Source of the DNA: Enterobacteria phage HK225
Reading direction: 5' to 3' (one strand)
Sequence record: NC_019717.1
Length of the DNA: 45,366 nt
The notes beneath the pieces are model-generated. The model made no database searches. It was not told where the DNA came from and saw only the letters and a program-made list of their open reading frames with translations. The position numbers and the translations under genes are program-made. Below are positions 29,672 to 37,548 of this stretch, one piece after another. How positions within the stretch are numbered: the first letter of the stretch is position 1; each line of letters begins with the position of its first letter.

Positions 29672-29756
29672 AAAATCTCCAGTTGTTAAATTAAGGGTGT
29701 AAGAAGCCGCGCCAAATTAATGGCGAATTTTTCATTTCATATTTCAGGACTGCTAT

Positions 29757-29915
29757 TTAACTTTCGTGCGCCATCTGGTCGTATTCAGCGCATTGCTTAG
29801 AGCAATATTCTTTTTCTTTCTGTGCCAGTTGCGAACCGTTGAGATAGAGCAAGGTGCTCTTTACTTCTGCGCCTTCTTCAACAGGCTTGTGGCAATAACC
29901 ACATTCTTTTTTCAT
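29757..29915 (-). CDS. small zinc-ribbon protein (not in ORF track, 52 aa)
   Basis: hand-translated MKKECGYCHKPVEEG...CSKQCAEYDQMAHES; AAGGA SD; two CxxC pairs. Confidence 0.35.
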   Translation of the reverse strand: MKKECGYCHKPVEEGAEVKSTLLYLNGSQLAQKEKEYCSKQCAEYDQMAHES

Positions 29916-29948
29916 CACCTGTCCTTAAAGTGTTTTGGCAACTCTCCG

Positions 29949-30155
29949 TTAATGGCTGAGGCCATTCCCCAGACCGTTCAGATAAACTTCAACCAGCAAA
30001 TCCCTGGTGTAAGTCATCTCAACGCCGCGATGCAGATACAAACGACCACGAGCATTAGCTGATGCCGTCCAGGTTGAATCCTTGTGTTTGACGAGCATCC
30101 CCGGCTGAACTGCGCCGCGGTTTACTGTCTGTGTACCGTAGTGCTGGTTTACCAT
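29949..30155 (-). CDS. hypothetical protein
   Basis: 68-aa ORF with AAGAGGAA SD. Confidence 0.45.
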   Translation of the reverse strand: MVNQHYGTQTVNRGAVQPGMLVKHKDSTWTASANARGRLYLHRGVEMTYTRDLLVEVYLNGLGNGLSH

Positions 30156-30314
30156 GATTTCCTCTTGGCCTTATCGCGGCGAACGGAACGGTTAATACAA
30201 GACTTCAACGCATTTATTCAGTGTTTCAATGGGCGGTGGATGGCCGCCGATTGTCATAACTAAGCCGCCTCGGTGAAGCGACTGAGGTATGAAAAAACCC
30301 GCCGTGGCGGGTCT

Positions 30315-30635
30315 TCAGAAATAGTCTTTATGGTCGTGCATCGCTCGCTGGAGGATCACCTTTGCATCTTCAAAGCTGGCAGATTCAAAAGCCTCTCTTA
30401 TGGCCTTAGCCAGGCAAGTCGCATCGCTTTCATAGTCATCAGCTCTGCTTTCCCAGTTTGATGCCTCTTCTTCAGCCTCATAAAGGCGATCGCCATACTC
30501 GCACTCGAGTTCCTGGCGCACTTCATCACGAAGCTTCTCCTTGATGATTTCGGAGGCTTCTTCAATCGGCATTGTTTCCAGAATCGTCTCTGGCTGATGA
30601 GTGCCGTATTTCAGTGAGATATCAGTAGCAAACAT
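30315..30635 (-). CDS. hypothetical acidic protein
   Basis: ATG at 30635 preceded by GGAGG; track ORF extends upstream without SD; acidic C-terminal half. Confidence 0.45.
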   Translation of the reverse strand: MFATDISLKYGTHQPETILETMPIEEASEIIKEKLRDEVRQELECEYGDRLYEAEEEASNWESRADDYESDATCLAKAIREAFESASFEDAKVILQRAMHDHKDYF

Positions 30636-30644
30636 GCAACCTCC

Positions 30645-30670
30645 AAAAAAATGCCCGCGCGCTGGCGGGC
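30645..30670 (-). terminator. intrinsic terminator inside the leftward early operon
   Basis: on the minus strand GCCCGC-cagcgc-GCGGGC followed by AUUUUUUU, immediately upstream of the next SD. Confidence 0.6.
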
Positions 30671-30782
30671 CAAGAAGACTTTTCCAATCCAACCAGAACA
30701 GGATCATCGTCTCCTGTGTGGTTGAGATGGCAGTATTACCATCACCAAGCATCGGCACCCGGTGCTTGAGGCTGGCTCTGTC

Positions 30783-30799
30783 GTTACCCGCTGATGCGG
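30783..30799 (-). repeat. intercistronic hairpin element GTTACCCGCTGATGCGG, copy 1
   Basis: 17-bp exact direct repeat of the element at 31005; small stem-loop CCGC-tgat-GCGG right after a gene stop. Confidence 0.8.
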
Positions 30800-30988
30800 T
30801 TATGTCTCATCGACGCATGGAAGTGATTTCCAGTCGATATCGTTTTTTGCCGAATCCCACAGGCCTTTCTTTTTGTACTTTTCTGAGCATGGAATGCAGA
30901 TGTTGTAAGGCCTGCCAACCATGTTTACAGATATTCTCTGCATCTCTTCAGATGCCAGAAAGTACCCACAGAATTGACACTTGTGCAT
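30800..30988 (-). CDS. hypothetical zinc-finger protein
   Basis: 62-aa ORF with GGAGAG SD; CxxC...CxxC. Confidence 0.45.
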   Translation of the reverse strand: MHKCQFCGYFLASEEMQRISVNMVGRPYNICIPCSEKYKKKGLWDSAKNDIDWKSLPCVDET

Positions 30989-31004
30989 ACGTACTCTCCA
31001 CTTA

Positions 31005-31021
31005 GTTACCCGCTGATGCGG
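31005..31021 (-). repeat. intercistronic hairpin element GTTACCCGCTGATGCGG, copy 2
   Basis: identical 17-mer 222 bp from copy 1. Confidence 0.8.
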
Positions 31022-31045
31022 GAGAAATGCTTTATCTATCAGCTT

Positions 31046-31258
31046 CTACAACTCATCACGAATCTGTGAGAGTGTGCTGATCGCCTGGTAATGACCGCGA
31101 CGCTGCTCTTCTGTTTTGAACGCACGCATATCGTCTTTTATCGATGCGATTGCCTTATTCAGAACTTCCACTTGCGCTTCTTTAATCGCCTGTTTGCGTG
31201 GCTTCTGACGCTTCTTAGGAAGGTCTCTTAAACACGCCGGAATGTATGTCTGAGTCAT
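31046..31258 (-). CDS. hypothetical basic protein, first gene of the leftward early operon (N position)
   Basis: 70-aa ORF with AAGAGGA SD; Lys/Arg-rich N-terminal third. Confidence 0.45.
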   Translation of the reverse strand: MTQTYIPACLRDLPKKRQKPRKQAIKEAQVEVLNKAIASIKDDMRAFKTEEQRRGHYQAISTLSQIRDEL

Positions 31259-31562
31259 AAAAAATCCTCTTGTGATTCAGCCCAGCCCACTCAACTTCGA
31301 ATGGACTGGAATAAATCTGTTTGCGCTTCGCACCTCTCATCCTGCCAGTGTTGCCCGTTCTCACGCCGTTATCGCTCTCGCGCGGGGATACTCTCTCACC
31401 GACCGGATCGCACCCGGTGATACAGCACGTTTTCGTGTAGGGGTCTTAACAGGTCATTGACGCTGTAAATCTGCATGTTGTTAAAAAGCAGGCGACTTAC
31501 TGTCCGCCGCTGGCTAACTTCGCTCAGCTGTCGATGTTTCGTTTCGATGGGATAATTAAACA

Positions 31563-31645
31563 TCATGTGGATTTATAGGTCAACACCTTGTGGATTTATT
31601 TTGTTGATTTAATCGTTTTTTGTTGATTTTTATGTTGATTTATTT
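31563..31645. promoter_or_regulatory. OL-like operator/promoter region with five direct 9-bp repeats
   Basis: ATGTGGATT / TTGT(G/T)GATT at about 31565, 31588, 31601, 31620 and 31632; same motif as in the cI-cro intergenic region. Confidence 0.55.
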
Positions 31646-31692
31646 TTTGGTGGCATAAGTGATATGCTGCAAAAAACATCAGGAGGTGGCTA

Positions 31693-31898
31693 TGGAACGT
31701 GATGAACTTGCAGATGACCGGATGGCCTTCATGGCTGGAGAGGTTGGGTGTGTGGTGTTCGAACTGATTTACAACGGGATTGAGATCAACAAAGACAACA
31801 TTGTGGGATTTCTGGAAGGGAAGCGTAAAGCCGTCGGGAACGTGATCCACAAGGGGGTGCTACGGGATGCGGCTGAGATGGTACGGAAGGGCAAATAA
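31693..31898 (+). CDS. hypothetical protein transcribed rightward from the OL region
   Basis: ATG at 31693 preceded by AGGAGG (track ORF starts 31659); 68 aa; ends at a bidirectional terminator. Confidence 0.45.
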
Positions 31899-31929
31899 AA
31901 ACCCGGCGCGGTGGCCGGGTTTATTTATT
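31897..31929. terminator. bidirectional intrinsic terminator
   Basis: AAAA-ACCCGGC-gcggtg-GCCGGGT-TTATTTATT between convergent genes. Confidence 0.7.
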
Positions 31930-32575
31930 GCTTAGGAGCTTGTTGTGATGACGATTGGTTAGTTGGAGCGCTCGTTAATGGTTGCTGTGTCGGTACCTGT
32001 ATTATAATTGGAGCCGGGCTGGTTACTGATGGTGACTTGTCATTGCCGGAGATAATCCAACTTGAGGCTAACATCACGCCAGACAGAATCACAGTAACTA
32101 AAGTCAAGCCAACGGCCATCGCCCACTGAGTCGTTGTAAGTCCCGTTTTCAAACCGCCGATTTCACCTTTAATTTCAGCAATACCTCTCTCAATAGAAGA
32201 AAATTGCTGAGTATAATAGGTTTTAAAGTCAGCTGATTCGCGACGCATTTCCGCAGCAATAGACTCTACCTCTGATTTGTTTTGTGAAAGCTTTGCGTCA
32301 AGTTCTTCTCTGGACATTCCGCTCACGCTTACCTCCAGGGTATCACTCTTCATCGCTACATCTTCCTTACTTGGGCGCAAACCCGTTTCGTCCATGGCGT
32401 ATGAAACTCTATTTGATACCTTAGCATCAATACCAATACTTTGGTACTGAGATGGATCCCCATAAGGAGAAACGGTTGTCGCTGCTAGGGTTGCACTAAC
32501 TATAATACTTGGAAGAACTGATGATGTTGTTCCTGAGGTAGGTTGAACTGAAGAAACTGGCTTCAGTCTTTCCAT
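31925..32575 (-). CDS. hypothetical membrane protein (S/T-rich N-terminus, coiled-coil, one TM, P/S/Q-rich C-tail)
   Basis: 216-aa ORF; hydrophobic AMAVGLTLVTVILSGVMLASSWII; AT-rich; start overlaps the upstream ORF by 13 nt. Confidence 0.5.
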   Translation of the reverse strand: MERLKPVSSVQPTSGTTSSVLPSIIVSATLAATTVSPYGDPSQYQSIGIDAKVSNRVSYAMDETGLRPSKEDVAMKSDTLEVSVSGMSREELDAKLSQNKSEVESIAAEMRRESADFKTYYTQQFSSIERGIAEIKGEIGGLKTGLTTTQWAMAVGLTLVTVILSGVMLASSWIISGNDKSPSVTSPAPIIIQVPTQQPLTSAPTNQSSSQQAPKQ

Positions 32576-32829
32576 AGCCCATTATCCCTGAGAGCTACCT
32601 GTAATGATTTTACTAATGCAACAGCTTGATCCGGGCTCATTGAGACTGACATGTTAGGGGTCAACTCAACTTTTACTTGGAAGCTATTCTTTCCTTGCTC
32701 ATCAGACTGCATGTGATGCTCAAATTCATGGCGGTAAAAAGTAATGATTGTTTCAGCACGATCAGGCGTAATAAGAACTGATGTGGCGGTCATGTGCTGA
32801 GGTATGATTTTAATAGTGTTATCTGACAT
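32563..32829 (-). CDS. hypothetical protein (88 aa from the SD-preceded ATG)
   Basis: track ORF 32563..32970; only the ATG at 32829 has a good SD (AAGGA); alternative starts at 32865 or 32871. Confidence 0.4.
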   Translation of the reverse strand: MSDNTIKIIPQHMTATSVLITPDRAETIITFYRHEFEHHMQSDEQGKNSFQVKVELTPNMSVSMSPDQAVALVKSLQVALRDNGLWKD

Positions 32830-33024
32830 AAGTATCCTTTTTGTTTCCTTAGTATTTTTTTGCATTGACATCAGAAATAGCGAATCCACAAGAGTATGAG
32901 TAAAGCTAATCAGTTTAGTGATACGGTGACTATTAAAGTGGTAAACCACATCAAAGCTCGCAGAGTGCATACCAGGCTGTCACACATGACAAAGTAACGA
33001 GGATGCCTGATCTCATAGCGCTCA

Positions 33025-33177
33025 AAGAGACATGCCGATAATGGCATTAACCACGCATGACGCCATAAACACGCCGCCAACGATGAAGCTGGCTTGGTTC
33101 TTCCTGGTAGCGCCAAGAGTCAACAGAACCACTGAAAGGGCAAAAAAAGGTATCGCGATTATGCTGAACGTGTTCAT
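33025..33177 (-). CDS. small hydrophobic peptide (51 aa, two predicted TM), not in ORF track
   Basis: hand-translated MNTFSIIAIPFFALSVVLLTLGATRKNQASFIVGGVFMASCVVNAIIGMSL; GAGG SD 5 nt upstream; immediately downstream of cI. Confidence 0.35.
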
Positions 33178-33281
33178 GTTGACCTCAACTTATTTCGATT
33201 CTCCATCACCCTTAATCCGCCGCCCCATGTGTTTGTTGTGATCCGTTGCTGGCCTTAACCAAACGTCTCTTCAGGCCACCG

Positions 33282-34001
33282 CTACAGCAATACCGAGTAC
33301 CAGAAGAGGCGGCCGATTATCTCAACATCATCAATGTCAGCTTCTTCATCAGGGTAGGCCTCATTGTTGTAGCTGCGGATAATTAGCTTTCCGCCTGGCT
33401 TACGATACAGCTGTTTAATGCGCTTGAGTTGACCATTCCCGCCATCTGTCTGACCAATGGCATACAGTTTCCCATCAACTATGCGTTTGTTGTTCGTATC
33501 GACGGCTACAGTCGTACCATCCGGTATCACAGGTTCCATGCTGTCGCCAGTAGCAGGGAAACACAGGATGCCAGACCCATCTGTGTTAGCTCCAACGCGG
33601 CGGAGGGTTGCCTTTGAGAACCTGAGCTTAAAACCATTGTGATCTTCGCTGTGTACGCGTCCATCGCCACACGCAAATTCAATATCCTTAAGAAATGGCA
33701 CTTCAACCTCATCAACAGGAAGCGGGGTGTCTTTATCCCATGCATCAACAACTCCCCACTCAGACTCTGGCGGGATGTTGCTCTCCAGATCCTTCTTTGG
33801 AGAACCCTCTCCATTTAATAAGCAGTCAAGAGAATAACCGAATTTTTCAGATATTTGTTGCGCCGCCTCACGACTTAACGCGTCTCTTTTTATCCAGTTG
33901 TTGACGGTCTGTGGGCTAGTCGACAAAGCCTCAGCCAAATCCCGCTGCTTCAAGCCTTCCCTTGCCAGTAAAAATTTAATTCTTTCAGAAATGCTACTCA
34001 T
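33282..34001 (-). CDS. cI: CI-like prophage repressor (HTH plus S24 LexA-like peptidase)
   Basis: ATG at 34001 after GGAGGG; N-terminal HTH (LKQRDLAEALSTSPQTVNNW); C-terminal GDSM serine motif and conserved Lys. Confidence 0.85.
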   Translation of the reverse strand: MSSISERIKFLLAREGLKQRDLAEALSTSPQTVNNWIKRDALSREAAQQISEKFGYSLDCLLNGEGSPKKDLESNIPPESEWGVVDAWDKDTPLPVDEVEVPFLKDIEFACGDGRVHSEDHNGFKLRFSKATLRRVGANTDGSGILCFPATGDSMEPVIPDGTTVAVDTNNKRIVDGKLYAIGQTDGGNGQLKRIKQLYRKPGGKLIIRSYNNEAYPDEEADIDDVEIIGRLFWYSVLL

Positions 34002-34029
34002 AAAACCCTCCGCTCCATGCATGGTAAAC

Positions 34030-34105
34030 AACATGTGGATTTTTTCCATCACCATAATGTTGATTTAATCCACATCATGAATTAACATGGTGTTGATTAC
34101 ACATG
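34030..34105. promoter_or_regulatory. OR-like operator region between cI and cro
   Basis: 19-bp near-palindrome ATGTTGATTTAATCCACAT at 34057-34075 plus half-sites ATGTGGATT (34033) and TGTTGATTA (34091). Confidence 0.6.
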
Positions 34106-34118
34106 AGCGGAGCAAAAC

Positions 34119-34340
34119 ATGATCAACAAAGAATCCAACGCAAGCACCCCGCTTGAGAAAGCCATTAATGCAGTGGGCGGCTCTCAAAAGGTGCTTGCTG
34201 AAAAGGTCGGCGTAACTCCACAGGCCATCAATATGCTTAAAAAGCGAGGTGGCAGCCTTCCAGTAACAAAAATGCGTAAGTACGAAGAAGTGACGGGGCT
34301 TCCTCGCGAAGTTCTATATCCAGGTATCTTTGCCGCCTAA
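34119..34340 (+). CDS. cro: Cro-like HTH regulator
   Basis: 73-aa ORF divergent from cI; HTH GGSQKVLAEKVGVTPQAINMLKK. Confidence 0.7.
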   Translation: MINKESNASTPLEKAINAVGGSQKVLAEKVGVTPQAINMLKKRGGSLPVTKMRKYEEVTGLPREVLYPGIFAA

Positions 34341-34369
34341 CGGCGGCCCTAACCACGAAAGGGAAAGCA

Positions 34370-34915
34370 ATGCATTCACTTGCGTATCAACAAGGTAACA
34401 AATTTTCGCCAACGGCGATGATTTACCAGAATCGCCGGGAGCCTGATTCCACGGCGTTAAACATCGATGGGATCCGCGCAGCCGTTCGCGCCTGGGCAGC
34501 TGATTGCCGAAGCCGTGAATTTGTCGCCGCGCTGATCGTGGAAGAGTGGCGGGCGTCCGGCGGAACCGGTCTGGATATCCCGACTGACTCGCACCGCCAG
34601 ATGCAGAAAGTGTTTCGATGGATTGATGGCGATACCGAATACGCCGCCAACAACATTCGCCAGCTGGCCCCGGCAATCATGTCGGTCCTGCCGCTGGAGT
34701 ACCGAAACCGTCTGGCGCCGCAGAACGACACGATGTCGCTGATCGCCTCTGCGATGAAAGAGTGTGCCGAGGCTAAACAGGCCGTGCTGCTGGACGCTCC
34801 AGAGCATCAGAAGCTCAAAGAGGTAAGCGAGGGTATAGCGTCGCTGTTCCGCCTCATGCCGGAGCAGGTAGGACCGCTGATGACGATGGTTACATCGATG
34901 CTGGGGGTTATATGA
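34370..34915 (+). CDS. CII-like regulator (YdaT-like)
   Basis: 181-aa ORF in the cII position; resemblance to YdaT-family proteins is recollection only. Confidence 0.4.
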   Translation: MHSLAYQQGNKFSPTAMIYQNRREPDSTALNIDGIRAAVRAWAADCRSREFVAALIVEEWRASGGTGLDIPTDSHRQMQKVFRWIDGDTEYAANNIRQLAPAIMSVLPLEYRNRLAPQNDTMSLIASAMKECAEAKQAVLLDAPEHQKLKEVSEGIASLFRLMPEQVGPLMTMVTSMLGVI

Positions 34916-35000
34916 GAGGCACAAGAAAAGAAAAAGCCCTTGAAGCGGTAACTTCAAAGGCCCTTATCACACTGTGTTACGGCAAGTAACGGGAGTAAGT

Positions 35001-35909
35001 ATGTCAAACACCGCTGAAATAATCAATTTCCCAAATAAAACCGAACAACCGGGAGGTCGTATGGCCGACCTGTCGAACGGGTATACCAAGGTCGCTAACG
35101 AGATCCAACAGCTTAAGCCTCGCCTGAGACTGTCAGGCCGAGAATGGCAATGTTTTGAGGCGGTGATCTGGCTTACCTACGGCTGGAACAAGAAACAGGA
35201 CCGCGTGACAAATACGGTTATTGCCGAGCTTACGGGCCTGAGCGATACGCATGTATCGGACGCGCTTAAGTCTCTCGCAGAACGCAAAATCATCTTTTCA
35301 CAGAAGCAGGGCATGATGAAAATCGTCGGTGTAAACACTGACCTTTCAGCATGGATTTTAGACAAACCGGAAACGGGAAGAAAATTCCCGAAAACGGGAA
35401 AATCCTTCCCGAAATCAGGAATAACCTTCCCGAAAACGGTAGACACCCAATACAAGAACAAGAACAGTATTAAAAGATCTTCGTCCGAGAATTCTGACGA
35501 ATCCTCTGACGCACGTCTGAAGAAATTTTTATTAACTCATCCTGAAGCTGCGGTCTACACACCATCCGGTGCGAAGTGGGGCTCTGCTGAAGACCTCGAG
35601 ACAGCTAAGTGGATTTCCTCCAGGGTGAAGCTGATTAACCCAACCTGCAAAGCCCCGGACATGACCTCCTGGTCTAACACTGTTCGCCTGATGCGCCAGA
35701 TAGACAACCGGTCGCACCAGGACATCTGCGCGCTGTATGACTGGGCTAGCAAACACCACTTCTGGCAGACCAACATCCTGAGTCCCGAAAGCCTGCGTAA
35801 GCAGTGGGACAAGCTGACAATGCAGCGTAACGCCGGAGGTGAGCAGCGCGCTGTCAAGCCAGATCTGGACTTCAACAACACTGACTGGGCCTATGGGGTG
35901 ATCCGATGA
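35001..35909 (+). CDS. O: replication initiation protein O
   Basis: ATG at 35001 after GGGAG; N-terminal replisome-organiser domain (LSGREWQCFEAVIWLTYGW); ori iterons embedded mid-gene as in lambda. Confidence 0.85.
   Translation: MSNTAEIINFPNKTEQPGGRMADLSNGYTKVANEIQQLKPRLRLSGREWQCFEAVIWLTYGWNKKQDRVTNTVIAELTGLSDTHVSDALKSLAERKIIFSQKQGMMKIVGVNTDLSAWILDKPETGRKFPKTGKSFPKSGITFPKTVDTQYKNKNSIKRSSSENSDESSDARLKKFLLTHPEAAVYTPSGAKWGSAEDLETAKWISSRVKLINPTCKAPDMTSWSNTVRLMRQIDNRSHQDICALYDWASKHHFWQTNILSPESLRKQWDKLTMQRNAGGEQRAVKPDLDFNNTDWAYGVIR
35365..35485. other. origin of replication: four iterons plus AT-rich region inside O
   Basis: TTCCCGAAAACGGGAA-like palindromic repeats at about 35367, 35385, 35406 and 35428, followed by AT-rich sequence. 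Confidence 0.75.
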
Positions 35910-36595
35910 AATCTCTTGCAGAGCAGATGCGTAACCACGACCGCGAGCAGATGAGCCGCATGGCCCATAACCTGCCAGAGCAGTACCAGGAGTGCGCGCC
36001 GGTCGAGCAGGTGGCGCAGGTATTCAACAAGCTGTTCAACGAGCTGCGCGCCGCGTTCCCGGCCAGCATGGCGAACTTCCGCACCCAGGAAGACCTGAAC
36101 GAATTCCGCCGTCAGTGGCTGCTGGCGTTTCAGGAGAACGGGATCCACACCATGGCTCAGGTCGATGCCGGCATGCGCATTGCCCGCCGCCAGGAGCGCC
36201 CATTCCTGCCGTCGCCGGGCCAGTTCGTCGCCTGGTGCAAGCAGAGCGGCGGCGCGCTGGGCGTCAACGTTGACCAGGTGATCGCCGAATACTGGGACTG
36301 GCGTAACCGCTCGTTCGAATTCATCTCCAGCGAGCAATTTCCATGGTCGCAGCCGGTCATGTACCACATTTGCGTAGAATTGCGCCACCGCAGCACCGAG
36401 CGCCAGTTAACGCATGGTGAACTGGCACGCGAGGCAGGCGATCTGCTGGACATGTGGGAAAGGCGCGTCACCGAGGGTAAGCCAGTTCCGCCGGTACGCC
36501 GGGCTATTGCCGCACCAGCTGCCGAGCAAGGGCCGACGCCGATCCAGCTGCTGCTGGCCAAGTACAACCGCAACAAGTCGAACGGGATGGTGTGA
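35906..36595 (+). CDS. P: replication protein P (helicase loader)
   Basis: 229-aa ORF overlapping the O stop; long matches to recalled lambda P (RPFLPSPGQFVAWC). Confidence 0.85.
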   Translation: MKSLAEQMRNHDREQMSRMAHNLPEQYQECAPVEQVAQVFNKLFNELRAAFPASMANFRTQEDLNEFRRQWLLAFQENGIHTMAQVDAGMRIARRQERPFLPSPGQFVAWCKQSGGALGVNVDQVIAEYWDWRNRSFEFISSEQFPWSQPVMYHICVELRHRSTERQLTHGELAREAGDLLDMWERRVTEGKPVPPVRRAIAAPAAEQGPTPIQLLLAKYNRNKSNGMV

Positions 36596-36596
36596 C

Positions 36597-36938
36597 ATGA
36601 ACATAACAATCCGTGAGCAGGTGCTGGCAGCCCTGCGTAACAACCCGTGCCTGAACAGTGCTCGTATTGCCAGCATGATCGGCATGACCACCAAAAAGAT
36701 ATCCGGAACGGTGAGCACGCTGCTGGCAGACGGCTTGATCGAGTTCGAAGGCAAGCACGGACAGCGGCTTTATCGGCTGACCGATTACGGCATGAAATAC
36801 GCACCAGAAACAATCCCGGCTATGCCGAAGGGAAATTCGAAGCTGGTGCAGCGTACAGAGGCAAACGTGATCTGCCAGGAGTGCCGCAACAGCGCGGCGA
36901 TGAGAAGAATTTTAAGCGTATACGGGGTGAGAGCATGA
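36597..36938 (+). CDS. hypothetical winged-helix DNA-binding protein
   Basis: ATG 1 nt after the P stop; 113 aa; track ORF 36414 is an overlapping-frame extension. Confidence 0.5.
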   Translation: MNITIREQVLAALRNNPCLNSARIASMIGMTTKKISGTVSTLLADGLIEFEGKHGQRLYRLTDYGMKYAPETIPAMPKGNSKLVQRTEANVICQECRNSAAMRRILSVYGVRA

Positions 36939-37366
36939 AACCAACCTATGAAGAACTTGAGCAGCAGCTTGCAGAATCACATCGCGCTCTGCGTGCAGAG
37001 ACTACTGCTCACGATCACGTGAAGATGCATCTGGAGAAGATGGCTGCGGAGAATGTGGGGCTGAAAGAATATCTGGCCCCAGTAGGGCTAGCGGTAGAGG
37101 GAACCCCAGCAACAGACGCTTTCCTGGCTGAAGTGCGGGCGCAAGCCCACAAGGAAGGCGCTCACTTTGTTGCTAACAGGATGCTGGCCGCATGGGAGGC
37201 TGGGTTTATCGATGATACGGCGAAGAACGCAGCTGATATTGCGAGAATGATCCTTACCTCCACAGAGTTTATGGCTGATGCTCCCGAAGGTGATTACGAT
37301 CGCTCGTTCGCTGATGGCGTACTCGAAGACATCGCTGCCCAGCTTCGCAAAGGAGTGCAGTCATGA
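36935..37366 (+). CDS. hypothetical protein
   Basis: ATG overlapping the previous stop (ATGA); 143 aa. Confidence 0.5.
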   Translation: MKPTYEELEQQLAESHRALRAETTAHDHVKMHLEKMAAENVGLKEYLAPVGLAVEGTPATDAFLAEVRAQAHKEGAHFVANRMLAAWEAGFIDDTAKNAADIARMILTSTEFMADAPEGDYDRSFADGVLEDIAAQLRKGVQS

Positions 37367-37548
37367 AAAACCGTAAAGCAAAAATCATCGTTCTGCGTGC
37401 TTTGAGAAACTGCTATCCGCGCCAGTGGCTGAACGTAAGCAATCGCCGCATGGTTCTCTTCTCGCTCGGTGGCGTGACCCGCGAAGGGCATCAATTCAAA
37501 AATAGCTCAGCCCAGAATCGCTGGAAGAATCATGTGAGGTTCCAATGA
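37363..37548 (+). CDS. hypothetical small basic protein
   Basis: 61-aa ORF overlapping the previous stop. Confidence 0.4.
   Translation: MKNRKAKIIVLRALRNCYPRQWLNVSNRRMVLFSLGGVTREGHQFKNSSAQNRWKNHVRFQ

Noticed and set aside
31272-31460. 62-aa plus-strand ORF in the leader between OL and the first leftward gene
   Set aside because: No SD and wrong orientation for the leftward operon; the region is more plausibly an untranslated structured leader.
33032-33241. 69-aa plus-strand ORF downstream of cI
   Set aside because: Overlaps a minus-strand small hydrophobic ORF that has a proper SD and lies in the cI operon orientation; the plus-strand frame has no SD.
36157-36813. 218-aa minus-strand ORF overlapping P and downstream genes
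   Set aside because: Antisense to the replication P gene and to tightly coupled nin genes; Cys/Arg-rich low-complexity translation typical of a spurious frame.
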